In this document: in pieces, positions 28,598 through 39,900 of the stretch
How positions within the stretch are numbered: the stretch's first letter is position 1
Layout of the letters: each line of letters starts with the position of its first letter
Origin: an uncultured virus (IMG/VR IMGVR_UViG_3300028844_005666)
Lineage: Duplodnaviria > Heunggongvirae > Uroviricota > Caudoviricetes
DNA length: 64,000 nt
Reading direction: 5' to 3' (one strand)
Virus record (IMG/VR): IMGVR_UViG_3300028844_005666
The notes under the pieces: generated by a model
Told to the model about the DNA's origin: nothing
The model's database searches: none
Seen by the model: the letters and a program-made list of their open reading frames with translations, nothing else
Made by a program: the position numbers and the translations under genes

Positions 28598-29908
28598 TTA
28601 CCCGTCTGAGTCAAATCCTACCATAGAAAATACAGTGCTTCCACTTACATTTTTTATTCTTAATCGTTTAGTTTTAGTAAACATATCGTTTTGGAACTCA
28701 AATCGAGAACCAGCTTTTAGTACACCATTACTAACGTCAAGTGTTCCTTTCATAGTATGAATTGAATCAGAATCGAAAGTTTTTGTTTCAGATACAGTAC
28801 CAAAGTTTTGAGTTATAAGAAAACTACCAGAAGTAACTTGTCTCCATTCAGCAAAGGTAGATCCGCCAGATCCATCTGAATCAATTAAGACAACTCCTTG
28901 AGAGATTCTATCTGAATCTGACATGGCTCTAGCTTTAGCTTGAGCGGCAGTAGAGTTCACTACTGACATATCTAGCCAATATAAATGACTAGGCTCTGAA
29001 TCATTTTCAGCACCTGGAGGCTGTATCCACAAATCACCATTTAACCCGGGCTTAGACGAGGTTGCTGCAACTGCAGGAGGGGTGTTGGATGTTGTAGGTA
29101 TTCTAGCTGTTAAATCTAGAATAGAGGGATTATTTTGATCTATAGAAACTCTAAATTGATCTGTCCCTTCGTTTATTCCACCTGTCGCTAATGTTAAATT
29201 AGTAACGAAGTATGAATTCTCTGAACCAGAAACGAACTTACGTAATGGTACTGACGTTGAGGTTATTGATTTAACTGAACCTGCCGTCTTATATGTTTTT
29301 ATAAAACTTGTTGGTGTTATTGTACCTTGTTTTGCGAAAATATCGTTGTCTGAATCTGATGATTGTATCAATCTTGATACTGTTGTTCTTGTATGATCTA
29401 TGTATCTGACAAAATCAGAATCTAAATCATAACTTAATGCTTGATCTGAGTCATCTGTAAAAACTAATACTTGACTAGTTTTACCAAACTCTCCTAATGC
29501 TGTACCGTTGATAACACTAGTAGATGGGTGGTTAGCAGCAACGTGAGTTACAAAATCATTAACCCAATTACCCACTGTAGTATCATCACTGTCTATAAAA
29601 ATAAAAGACTTAGTACCATTATTAAAATTAATACCCACTTTTTGTCCTATGTAAGCAGAACTTATAGGAGAAAAATCTAATAAAATACCCGCATTTTGCT
29701 GAAACGTTTCTATTTTATCTGTATAGTCTATATCTTGAAAAGTATTCTTTTTTGTATATAATTTACTTGTAGAAAGGTTTATTGCTATTTCACCTTCTAG
29801 CAAATCAGTAGCTAGAGGAGCTCCGTCACCGTTCACAGTAGCACTATAAGTCCTTCTATGTTGGTAAAAACCTCTACTAAAATCTGAATCTACATTAGGG
29901 TTAGCCAT
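28598..29908 (-). CDS. Tail fibre/spike-like protein
   Basis: LLEGEIAINLSTSKLY fibre N-terminal motif; 9 DSD. Confidence 0.6.
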   Translation of the reverse strand: MANPNVDSDFSRGFYQHRRTYSATVNGDGAPLATDLLEGEIAINLSTSKLYTKKNTFQDIDYTDKIETFQQNAGILLDFSPISSAYIGQKVGINFNNGTKSFIFIDSDDTTVGNWVNDFVTHVAANHPSTSVINGTALGEFGKTSQVLVFTDDSDQALSYDLDSDFVRYIDHTRTTVSRLIQSSDSDNDIFAKQGTITPTSFIKTYKTAGSVKSITSTSVPLRKFVSGSENSYFVTNLTLATGGINEGTDQFRVSIDQNNPSILDLTARIPTTSNTPPAVAATSSKPGLNGDLWIQPPGAENDSEPSHLYWLDMSVVNSTAAQAKARAMSDSDRISQGVVLIDSDGSGGSTFAEWRQVTSGSFLITQNFGTVSETKTFDSDSIHTMKGTLDVSNGVLKAGSRFEFQNDMFTKTKRLRIKNVSGSTVFSMVGFDSDG

Positions 29909-31332
29909 TAACCTACACTTCCTTTAACAAATAATTCTATCCTACCTGAAAATGGGTAGTTAGAAATTAATATCAATATTCCATCTTTAGTTACTATTGA
30001 TGGTATATTTATTTCATTGTACCAATTGCCTATGCTTTGACTAACACCAACAGGGTATGTTGCGTTACCAGCCGCTATTTGAGCTCTTCTATACTTTCTA
30101 GCCATAATAGTATCTGAGTCTCCTACATTGACAGTAACAACGTTATCATCACCATCACCTGTAATATTTTCATTGTTGTTAGTTACATAACCACTAAAAA
30201 AATCTTGCAATTTATTTCCAAATTCATCTGAATCATAACCTATTTCTTGGAATACTTTGAATACAGGAGCGCCATCTGTAAGAGTTATTCTTTGACCGTT
30301 AGATGACATTATAGGTAACAAGTATTGGTTTTGTAATATAACTGAATCTGATTCATTTAAATCAGCTTTATTCCATTGAAACCAATCTCTTGAATGAAAC
30401 TTATCGTGAGTCTGTTTTATATTAGTATCACCAGAGTCAGTAATAGTAGTTTGTTTATACACCCATCCAGTATTTGCACCTAGATATGTACACTCAACTT
30501 CAATATGTTTTGTATTAAACGTAATTGGTGATACTGGAATATTACTTCTATAACCTGTTGTACCTGCAAATGGTATTTTTTCATAACCGGTAATTCCAAC
30601 TATATCTGAATTAGTAATCTGTGTTTGTCTTAATGAAGCATTAGTACCTGATGCAGCTCCTGGAACTGTTATTCTACTATGGTTAACAGATGGGAAGCTA
30701 TCAGAGTCAGCAGCTAGTCCTGCTTCAGGTGTATTAGTAATCCATTCATTTATTTGAGATACACTATTCCATTCATAAGGTGTAGCCCATAATGACATAG
30801 GAGTTGATTCAGATATATGACCTAAACTATCTCTTATGATTACTCTATCACCAGCTTTAGCTAGTGGTAATACTATATGAAAATAATCTGAATCTAATTG
30901 AGTTAAGTCAGGAGTTATTTGCTCTCCTCTTGACATGAAATACCATTCTTTACTTAAGTATATAGATGGTATAGTTGAACTTGAAGGTGAATAAATTACA
31001 CCGTCTGAATCTTTTACAAAATAACCTTCACCATTATGGAAAAAATCATATGAACCATCTGCTCTTTCAGTAGCACCATCTGAATCTTGCTTAAATGAAA
31101 CTCTCTTAAATTTAGTAGCTGGATGTAACTCACCTACTTTATATTCACCTTCTGAATAGGCTTTTCTATATCCATAGTTCTTTCCATCAGGATCATTACC
31201 AATTGGGTTGTCACCGTAGTTAGCATAGATGTCAGCGAAAAGATTATTAATCTTCATACCGCCTTTTCTAGCTGTATCTCCTGTCCCCGAATCTGGGGCT
31301 GTTCCTAAATTTATTAAATCTTTACTTGACAT
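29908..31332 (-). CDS. Baseplate wedge/fibre connector with gp9/gp10-like N-terminus
   Basis: INLGTAPDSGTGDTARKGGMKINNLFADIY; 6 DSD. Confidence 0.7.
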   Translation of the reverse strand: MSSKDLINLGTAPDSGTGDTARKGGMKINNLFADIYANYGDNPIGNDPDGKNYGYRKAYSEGEYKVGELHPATKFKRVSFKQDSDGATERADGSYDFFHNGEGYFVKDSDGVIYSPSSSTIPSIYLSKEWYFMSRGEQITPDLTQLDSDYFHIVLPLAKAGDRVIIRDSLGHISESTPMSLWATPYEWNSVSQINEWITNTPEAGLAADSDSFPSVNHSRITVPGAASGTNASLRQTQITNSDIVGITGYEKIPFAGTTGYRSNIPVSPITFNTKHIEVECTYLGANTGWVYKQTTITDSGDTNIKQTHDKFHSRDWFQWNKADLNESDSVILQNQYLLPIMSSNGQRITLTDGAPVFKVFQEIGYDSDEFGNKLQDFFSGYVTNNNENITGDGDDNVVTVNVGDSDTIMARKYRRAQIAAGNATYPVGVSQSIGNWYNEINIPSIVTKDGILILISNYPFSGRIELFVKGSVG

Positions 31333-31336
31333 ATCT

Positions 31337-31344
31337 TATTTATT
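31337..31344 (-). promoter_or_regulatory. Late promoter variant AATAAATA
   Basis: 4 nt before the ATG at 31332. Confidence 0.55.
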
Positions 31345-32337
31345 CTAATTCTCTGGCAAGTTTCTAACGATCTTTATGATGTTACCATCGCTATCACTTA
31401 AGTTTAATATTGTCGGACTTCTATCAGAATCATTACTATATCTAACATCTGAATCGTTTACTACATTTCTTCTTTTTCTAAGCTTCTTTGTAGCACCATC
31501 AGAATCAAAATCAAGATCTGAATCATAAAGTCTAAACGTTACTCCATCTGAGTCTAATACATAAGGTCCTTTTGAGTCAGAATCATAGCCTCTGCTATCA
31601 CCTGATAGAACTGCGTAACCAACTTCAGTACCTGCTTGAGTAGAAGCTCGAGACATCTTATTTATTGGCACTCCAGTTGGTGGTACTGAGACAATAGCTC
31701 TAGAATCAACAATTACTGATGTTGCTGCTACTGGTCCGTGTAACCATATCTTTGTTTGGAATTCCATTGTCCATTCTATAACTCTTCTATCACCTATTTC
31801 ACCTGTATAATCATCAGCCCAAGTAGTAGATAACAACGTAAAAGTCTGATCATATGAATTAGTTGGTGTAGGAGTCAATGCACTTGCATCTTGAGGAAAA
31901 TGTCTTACCTTTACTGTATAAGCAGGAGTAAAGAATGGTAGTATTTGTTCGATTATTTGCCAACCATCATTAAGAGTTTTTGTAGCACAGTATAAAGTAA
32001 AATCTAAATTGTAAGGAGTAGGTACATTTATTCTTTGTCTAGGGTCTGTTAAACCATCAGGTTCTCTTAACATAGTTTGTCTGTTAGTTAATTTTCTAGA
32101 TTGATCATAATTCATAGCTACTATTTCATATGACATTCTAGGTAATAACTTTTCAAACATTTCTTCAGAAGGCTGAAATTGTTTTTGAGCATCTAGCCAT
32201 TTTTGACGAGGACCATAGCTAATAGGTACTGGTAAGAGTTTACCATCTCTTCTTTTAATTACTAAGTTGTTAAAAAGACTACCGAATACTGCTACTGAAG
32301 TTTTAATAGTCTCATTGTAAAAATGTGTACCTATCAT
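31345..32337 (-). CDS. gp15: Tail sheath stabiliser/terminator with DSD-rich C-terminal extension
   Basis: HFYNETIK...FGSLFNN, VPISYGP.QK, LPRMSYE, QIIEQILPFFTP. Confidence 0.92.
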   Translation of the reverse strand: MIGTHFYNETIKTSVAVFGSLFNNLVIKRRDGKLLPVPISYGPRQKWLDAQKQFQPSEEMFEKLLPRMSYEIVAMNYDQSRKLTNRQTMLREPDGLTDPRQRINVPTPYNLDFTLYCATKTLNDGWQIIEQILPFFTPAYTVKVRHFPQDASALTPTPTNSYDQTFTLLSTTWADDYTGEIGDRRVIEWTMEFQTKIWLHGPVAATSVIVDSRAIVSVPPTGVPINKMSRASTQAGTEVGYAVLSGDSRGYDSDSKGPYVLDSDGVTFRLYDSDLDFDSDGATKKLRKRRNVVNDSDVRYSNDSDRSPTILNLSDSDGNIIKIVRNLPEN

Positions 32338-33371
32338 ATATCATCTAAATCTAAATTATTAATTATACCTGGACTATGATGAGCTGATTTACCATAGTCT
32401 TCTACAATAACATCACTCTTCTCGGTTGCATTACCATCGTCATCATAGATAACTCTTTGCTGAGCTCTCTGTTCTATCTCTCTATTCCTACCATAAGAAT
32501 CAGTTATTGAATCTGAATCTCTTACTATATTAAGTGCTTTAGTATCACTGTCTATAAAATTAACACCTGCTGAAGCTCTTTGTATCTTTTCATTAGTAGT
32601 AGTCTGTTCTTTACCAGTAACTGTATTGTATGTAATAGCAGTTGGTGAAAATCCAAGATCCTCTCCAGAAAGTTCGAATAGTTTACATCTTAATTTATAT
32701 TGATAGTTATCACCTACTTGGAAGAAAGCACCATCATGGAATGTAGTTACTCGAGTTATTTCAAATATTTTAGGAACGTATTGATTTTTATTCTGAGCTG
32801 ATCTACCAAAAGGAATAACAACTAAGTCACCCTCTAAAGGTCTTTGTCTATTATAAAACGCTGAGTCACTATCAGATAGATCACTGTCATAATCTTTATG
32901 TTTATTATTAAAGTTATTAATAGCAACAGTCATAATAACTTCTTCTCTAAATTCAACTCCGTAAGTAGTCATTACATCGCCTTCACCTTCGAAGCCGGCT
33001 GCTGCTAATAACATCATATCTATTTGGTAACCTGCATGAAACTTAGATTCAGGTCTTTCGTTGAATACTGAATCAGTATACTTAGAATGTCTAGGCATAT
33101 ATCTAACAGTTATACCATTAGTATTAATTGACTCTCTTACTAAATTTTGTACTAGTCTTTGTTCATTTGTTGAAAAGTTTGCTGATGAACCGAATTGGTT
33201 AATATAACCATCAATAAAAGTATTTTGAATAGCTGCTTTGTAGTTGTAATTTTCGTTTATAGTTCTTATATTTCTATTTTGACTAGCGCCAAAATCAGAA
33301 TCATTATCTGTTTTTGTCAACTCTGTAGTAGTTGCAATTGTAAATCCTAGATAATTGTTTACTATAGCCAT
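32334..33371 (-). CDS. gp14: Neck protein
   Basis: EQRLVQNLVRESI...YMPR, RPLEGDLVVIP, FFQVG..YKL.C.LFE. Confidence 0.88.
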   Translation of the reverse strand: MAIVNNYLGFTIATTTELTKTDNDSDFGASQNRNIRTINENYNYKAAIQNTFIDGYINQFGSSANFSTNEQRLVQNLVRESINTNGITVRYMPRHSKYTDSVFNERPESKFHAGYQIDMMLLAAAGFEGEGDVMTTYGVEFREEVIMTVAINNFNNKHKDYDSDLSDSDSAFYNRQRPLEGDLVVIPFGRSAQNKNQYVPKIFEITRVTTFHDGAFFQVGDNYQYKLRCKLFELSGEDLGFSPTAITYNTVTGKEQTTTNEKIQRASAGVNFIDSDTKALNIVRDSDSITDSYGRNREIEQRAQQRVIYDDDGNATEKSDVIVEDYGKSAHHSPGIINNLDLDDI

Positions 33372-34102
33372 TACGCATAATACCCTGCGTCTCTTCCAGA
33401 AGTACTTTGTCTAACTGTTAGTTCTACTATTGCATCTTCAACAGTTTGAGCTTGTATTCTTACGCTATTAGCCGCTCCCTGATTTAATTTTAAATATTCT
33501 GCATACATTTCTAATTGTTCAGCTCCAGTTTTCTCTGAAGAAGCAGTACCAGTTGATAGTCTTGATAGTGCACTATCAAAATCAAATGTAATATTTTTAG
33601 CACTATTACTGTGCTCTAATGCAAACTTACTACCGTTATATTTTAGTAATGAACCTGCAGATATACTATAAACACCATTTGTTAAATTAAAGCTTGCACT
33701 TGTTATTTTATTAGTGTATACTGGAGTAGCATCAGGATTAAGTGTTAAAATACTCTCTGATAAAATAACTGTATCATTACTATTAGGGCTCAAAGCAGTA
33801 ATTTCTGTATAAGTTTTTGCACCTAAAAATGTACCAGCAGATGATAAAGATGTTATATCTGCATTAACGTTAACATTAGTTCTATATGAAGCTTCAATAA
33901 AGTTATTAAGTTTTTGAAAAGCTGTTCTTAGAGGATCACCATCATTAGAGTTGGGAGACGTACCTGTGTTAACTCTTGTATTGGTATTTACAGTATAATC
34001 AGTTAATGGTATAACAGAATTACTATTAGCTGGATCAACAAGCGATGGCTTATTAACAGAACTATTTTTACTTAGATAATCTGATAAGAGTGTATTAGCC
34101 AT
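33371..34102 (-). CDS. Virion protein with a gp9/gp10-like motif
   Basis: NTGTSPNSNDGDPLRTAFQKLNNF. Confidence 0.55.
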   Translation of the reverse strand: MANTLLSDYLSKNSSVNKPSLVDPANSNSVIPLTDYTVNTNTRVNTGTSPNSNDGDPLRTAFQKLNNFIEASYRTNVNVNADITSLSSAGTFLGAKTYTEITALSPNSNDTVILSESILTLNPDATPVYTNKITSASFNLTNGVYSISAGSLLKYNGSKFALEHSNSAKNITFDFDSALSRLSTGTASSEKTGAEQLEMYAEYLKLNQGAANSVRIQAQTVEDAIVELTVRQSTSGRDAGYYA

Positions 34103-34280
34103 TTTTCTCTAGTATCCTTTCTAACAAGTTTTCTATTCTATTTAATCTATATTCTAAATCGTTCAATCTTTTTTGTTCTTTACGTCTTTTATTAATAGTT
34201 GCTTTAAGAGACGGATCAGTATTAATAATAGCACCGCCTCTCTTTTCAAGATACGGATGACCTTGTATATTTTTATGCAA
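34095..34280 (-). CDS. Small conserved T4-like phage protein
   Basis: GHPYL...GAIINTD followed by a coiled coil. Confidence 0.65.
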   Translation of the reverse strand: MHKNIQGHPYLEKRGGAIINTDPSLKATINKRRKEQKRLNDLEYRLNRIENLLERILEKNG

Positions 34281-36126
34281 CTGCTAATATCCTTAAATTT
34301 TTAAGTCTAGGCACATATGCTTCGTTTTTAGTTTTCATTCTAACTCTAACTCTAAACTCTTGAAAATCTTCTCCTACTGCATGTTCTGCTGAATATTCTT
34401 TAAAGTCTTCAGCACTATTAAACGCACCGTAATTTTTTTCACTTATAAATGTATTAAGTTTAAAATCTTCCCAATCTTGAGCATCTATATCTGCAGTATC
34501 ACCTATACGTTTCACTTTAAATGCAATTTCAATTTCATTAGTAGGATTCATATCAGCTAAAAATTTAACTATTAAAGTATCAGCAGGTGTAGCTAATTCT
34601 GTAATCTTAGTAATGTAGTCTGCATGATCTTGTTTAGCTGCTGTAAGTGACGCAATATAAGAAGCTAACTTAGCTTGTATATTTGCATTGTCAGAATCTC
34701 CTTCTTCTAAAAAGTCAGAGTCATTAGCTCTTTTTGATTCAAAAATTGGATACTTATTCTGTAGATCAGAATCATCAGGCTGCATTCCAGCTCTATTTCT
34801 TAGTAACTTAATTTTATTTACAACCCCTTGTGATGGAGATTCAACTGGTATTACAGGTGAGTATCTTTCATCAGCTGTGTTAAGTTCTAGTTGCATTTCA
34901 AATGATCTATTAGTAGAATTAACAGTAGATAAAATTGATTTAGGATTAGTAAAAGTTGTTACTTTATCTGTTTCAACATATGCATAAGCTTCATCTATAC
35001 TACCTACAGCTTGATAACTTTCAGCTGAAGTATCTAAACCTAGTAGTTGACTTGATATAACGTTATCAATAGTACTACCAGTTGTAGTTTTAATCTTAGC
35101 ATCCACTTTAGTAAAGAGATTGTTTATAGGATTAAGATTAGTGTATAGATAATCGTACTGTAAGTTAGAACTCACTTTCATATTATAACCACCTGCATCT
35201 AAAGTTTCTCTTGCATTAGAAGCTACTTTTATAAAATAAGTATCTTGTGTAGCATACAATACATCATGTGTATCTACAAAAGAACTTGATGCGGCGTCAG
35301 CTTGCGTATTAATATCAGTAACCGGAATACCTGCTATTTCAGATGCTCCGTTTGGTCCCTCAACTCCTGATACTACGACTTTTTGTCCTGATCCATACAT
35401 TCCATGATTAGGATGCTTTATTAAAATATATGGTGAATGCTTAAAAGTTCTTATTGGTGTGCCGTTATTCACAGTACCAATATTAACTGCTAGTTTACTT
35501 AACTTAGATCTTAACTGTGCTGTAGCTACTCCAGTATTAAAACTAGCTCTATATAATTTAAACTTTAAATCTTTATTAGGGTCCGGTATATAAACTCCAC
35601 CATTTTCTGATGTAAAGAACGAACCACCTGAACCTCCTATACTAGGCGGCGAAGATATTAATCCACCTAATCCAGAAGTCAAGTCTGGCTTACCTATTTC
35701 AGCTGTCCATAAACTTGTAAGAGAAGATTGGGTTCTTACTACTATACAATATTCCTGAGCAGAAATCAACTTAACAGGTGAATTAAATCTAAAATTAGTT
35801 GGTGTCGATGCTACTGCTCTACCTGAACCGGTACCATCTGAATCAGATAAAAATTTGGAAGCATATCCAACTACTATTTGTCCTGGTCTACCTTGTACTG
35901 TATTTCTAATTTCAACTCTAACTTGATTTTGGTTTGAGGATAAATCTACTACGTCAAAAAACAAATCAATAGCAGTGACAAAAGCTCCTTCTTTTATCTT
36001 AACATCGTTTTCGTAATCCTCACCACCAGAAGTATCAACTGGTCTACCGTCACCATCAACACTAATTAATTTTTTTATGATAGCTGGTAACGTGAACGTT
36101 TGTGCTATTGCGCCTTTAACTGCCAT
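34273..36126 (-). CDS. VrlC/DUF4815-like structural protein, C-terminal part
   Basis: IAQTF...FVTAIDLFF, PTNFRFNSPVKL...EYCIVV, DLKFKLYRASF, PRLKNLRILAVA. Confidence 0.7.
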   Translation of the reverse strand: MAVKGAIAQTFTLPAIIKKLISVDGDGRPVDTSGGEDYENDVKIKEGAFVTAIDLFFDVVDLSSNQNQVRVEIRNTVQGRPGQIVVGYASKFLSDSDGTGSGRAVASTPTNFRFNSPVKLISAQEYCIVVRTQSSLTSLWTAEIGKPDLTSGLGGLISSPPSIGGSGGSFFTSENGGVYIPDPNKDLKFKLYRASFNTGVATAQLRSKLSKLAVNIGTVNNGTPIRTFKHSPYILIKHPNHGMYGSGQKVVVSGVEGPNGASEIAGIPVTDINTQADAASSSFVDTHDVLYATQDTYFIKVASNARETLDAGGYNMKVSSNLQYDYLYTNLNPINNLFTKVDAKIKTTTGSTIDNVISSQLLGLDTSAESYQAVGSIDEAYAYVETDKVTTFTNPKSILSTVNSTNRSFEMQLELNTADERYSPVIPVESPSQGVVNKIKLLRNRAGMQPDDSDLQNKYPIFESKRANDSDFLEEGDSDNANIQAKLASYIASLTAAKQDHADYITKITELATPADTLIVKFLADMNPTNEIEIAFKVKRIGDTADIDAQDWEDFKLNTFISEKNYGAFNSAEDFKEYSAEHAVGEDFQEFRVRVRMKTKNEAYVPRLKNLRILAVA

Positions 36127-36933
36127 TTACCATTTCTCCCCTTGTATTGCTAACTTAGATGATAATAAAAATTTTATCATAGAACCAGTTATATCTATTT
36201 CATACCATGCTCTGCTAAAATTCCAATCCCAGGGTTCAGCATGATGATTATTATGCCACCCTTCACCGAATGTTAACAGTGCTACCCACCACACATTTGA
36301 ACTATCGTTATCTTGTTTATATCTTTTATAACCAAGTTCGGAGTGTGCGAACGTATTATTTATTATACTTGTAGTGATTCCTATTACAGATGGTAAAATG
36401 AATCCCCAATATAATCCATACATACCAAAAATACTAAACATTACAGCTGCATGAATTAAAATTATTAGAAAATAATATTGATGTAAAAGTACTTGAAACT
36501 TATCTTTTATAATATGTCTATACTCTAATAAGTTAAACTTAAACGAATCATACTTATCATTCTTTAAAAAAACTAATCCTTTATCTGGTGAATGAGGATC
36601 TTTTTCCGTATCAGCATGCTTATGATGCTCCCAGTGAACTATAACCCAAGTTAAAGGACTACCTGTACCTTGAATAGCTCCTAGGTATGAACCTAATCTT
36701 TCCATCCATTTGTACTTGAACTCAAATGATTGATGTGTAAGACATCTATGTAAAGTCATAGTTATTCCTATGCATCCAGTTAAGAAGTATACAAATAATG
36801 ATATTGAAAAACCTAGTAAATCAATAGGAAAACTAAAAGTAAAAGGTAAAGTTAATGCTAATAGTATAAGTAAGTAATGTAGTAACTTTATTTTTCTACC
36901 AGTTGGACTGAATACGTTTAATCGATCTAACAT
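36127..36933 (-). CDS. Second membrane fatty-acid desaturase
   Basis: HRCLTH, HWEHH, DPHSP, GEGWHNNHH. Confidence 0.9.
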   Translation of the reverse strand: MLDRLNVFSPTGRKIKLLHYLLILLALTLPFTFSFPIDLLGFSISLFVYFLTGCIGITMTLHRCLTHQSFEFKYKWMERLGSYLGAIQGTGSPLTWVIVHWEHHKHADTEKDPHSPDKGLVFLKNDKYDSFKFNLLEYRHIIKDKFQVLLHQYYFLIILIHAAVMFSIFGMYGLYWGFILPSVIGITTSIINNTFAHSELGYKRYKQDNDSSNVWWVALLTFGEGWHNNHHAEPWDWNFSRAWYEIDITGSMIKFLLSSKLAIQGEKW

Positions 36934-39900
36934 TTGCTTTCTTTAGATATCCTTTCTGAACTAATTTACCAGTAAACCAAACTATAGGTCTAAACAATCT
37001 TAAGACTAAACTATTAAATGTAAAATAGTTACCCTTCATTTCTTCTTGTAGACCATGAGTTCTAGTTTTTGCAAACCATTCTAGAGCAGTTCTTATATAA
37101 GTATTTGTAGGCATCTTCTTTACAAAGTATAAGAACAGTTTATGATATCCTAATTCATAAGCATCATCAAGTTTCTTAAATTTATTATATCTCATCCATA
37201 CTCTATTAGAATACATTGGCATATTGTACATTTTATTCATCATAGTACATACAATTTTACCACCGCCGCCTCCGCCGCCTTCGGAACTGCTTCCATCGTC
37301 ATGACTTCCGTGACCAAAGTCACCATAATTCATATCCATATAACTAGGATTATAAGATGGTGGACTATCACCCCAAGAGTCACCGCCTCCTCCGCCACCG
37401 CCGTAATTTAAGTACTCAGTAGAAGATGAAGTAACAGTTTGCTCTTCTGTTCTAATTATAACGTCTTCAACTCCATCAGTTCTAAACTTAGATAAAAATC
37501 CTACTTCATACTTAGAAGCGACAATATAGATAGCTGATGCTATAGTAGTTTTAGTTGAATCAAATAATGTAAATCTTAATTGACCAGTTTTAAAAGTTGA
37601 AGGAGGAATAGTAAATCTACCTCTTATCATTCCTAATGCATCAGTAGTTAATGTACCTTTATTTGTATTAATATAAGTAACATCACCTGTAGAATTATCA
37701 GTCATCTGACATAAATCAGTAACATTAATATATTCAAAAGTAGCTATAAGACTTACATCAGGTCTTAAACCTTCTGCTTTAAAAACAATTTCTCTAGAAG
37801 GACAAAATGCATCTCTATCAATTTTAACTTGTTCTAAATTAAAACTATTAGCTGTATCTCTAGTAACGAATTGCTTCTGTTTTATATTTCTAATTTGATT
37901 TTGAGCTGTATTAACTGTTCTTCTATTACCGCTTCGTGAAGTAGTTACAGAAGCATCACCTATATCATTCCAAGATTCTGACCAAGGCTCTGACATCGGA
38001 ATAGGTACTACGTTTAAGTTAAATTCATTTACTGATACTTCTGAGTCATTTACTATACCATTTCTATCAATAAGAAACTTAGTAAGTTCTTTTTTAGCTG
38101 GGTCTACGTTAAACTCTCTAGCGGGATCTAATGTAATATAACCTTTATATGTTAACTCAGCATATGGGTTTATTCTTACACTTGAAGAAGCTTGAGGTTG
38201 ATCTAAAAATGTACTTTGCGTATAAGTCTTAGTTAAAAAACCTTGATCAAAATAATAAGGATCTATACCTGCTTCAGTAAGCGCACCAGCTGATGAATCT
38301 AATATTTCTGTTTCTACATAAGTAGGTACTGATAATGGTCTTAAAGATTCATCTGCAATTGATGCTTTAGATGTAGATAAGTCATTATCTTGAATAACAT
38401 CATCTTTATCAGTCTTAAAATCATCTACGATGAATCCTAACTTAGTTCTATTAGCTGTATCATCAGTTAAAGCTTGAGTTTCTAAGAATGATAATGAAAT
38501 GGCATCTTCTAAATTTCTAATTCTTTTTTCAATACCACCAATATCTTTCATAGTATATCGTTTATTGTCTTGAGGTACAGTTATAATTTCACTTACATCT
38601 TTAAATGCAGCTGGTATTAATGCAGTTGCAATTGGCATACCTAATGATGAATCAAACTTTGGTATTTGAGGATTTCTTGCTGCTAATGAGCTAAATCTTT
38701 TCAATCCAAAATAAGGTTTAGTAGCTACATAATAGATATCATATCTAGATAGATACTCATCATAAGTCATTGTAAATTTAGCTGCAGGAGTAGCTCCTGT
38801 TTCACCTATACCAGGTAATAAGAAAGGTCTATTTGTAATAGACTTGTGATTAAAATGGAAAGTATTTTGTCCAGTATTATTATTTGTAGTTACTTTCTTT
38901 CTAAAATCAATTACGTCTCTTAACTTTATACCTTTTGTTCTATCTTTATTACCTAAGTCAACTGGCTTTTCGAAAAATCTAGGATCAGTAGCGAAGAAGC
39001 CTGCTGAAGAATAACTATCAGCATTGTAATAAAACTTATTAGTTGTATCTTGATCTTCAAAATAAGAAAAGAATATAGTTAAATCACCTACTTCAGGAGC
39101 TCTAATTAATGGTTTTCTTATAATTCTTCCAGTTTCTAATATATTATTTCTTTGACCATCATCTAAGAAATAATTATCTATAATATCAGTACCGAATTTT
39201 TCAAGAGTGTCTACTATTATTGCAGTTCTATCAGAAACATAAGTTACTTGATTTACAAAACTATCTAAGTCATTAGGTGTTGTAACTAATAATATCTCAT
39301 TAGCAATAAAATTAGATGTAGCGTTTTCTTTAATAATTTCTAATACTTCAGTAGAACCTGTACCTGATCTACTAGTATGGTAACCTGCAGAACCTGTTAA
39401 TTCAGATTGATTTTTATCGCTATTAGATAAAGCAACTAAACCTCTACACTTAGAAGTTGTTCCAGTTACAATTGAACCTTGAGGTATAATACCTCCGCCT
39501 GATATTGTAATGTTTATTTGTTTAAAGTGAGAGAAAGTATTATTAGCATCACTCTTACTTATTCCATATACATCATAGATATCAGAATACAATAAAGTTG
39601 ATTCTCTATCTTGAGCAGACCAACCATAGTTAATTGAGCTTGTTCTATCATTTCTAATTTTTAAGTAAACATACTTAAGCTTTTTACTTATTTCATTACC
39701 ATCATCAATTCTAGTTCTAGTAAAATCACCATTAGCATTAGCAGTAGAAAATAATGTATCAGCTGTATTGGGTGTTATAGCTGTAGATCCAGAAGTACTA
39801 GCAATCACAGGTGGATTAGCAAACAATACTTCAAAATCATTATCGAATACTTTAGCGTCATCTCTAGCAGTTTTAACTGCACTTTGAGTTTCACCAAATA

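Noticed and set aside
37260..37405. GC-rich CCGCCGCCTCC runs as a mobile element or repeat
   Set aside because: They encode the two poly-Gly linkers
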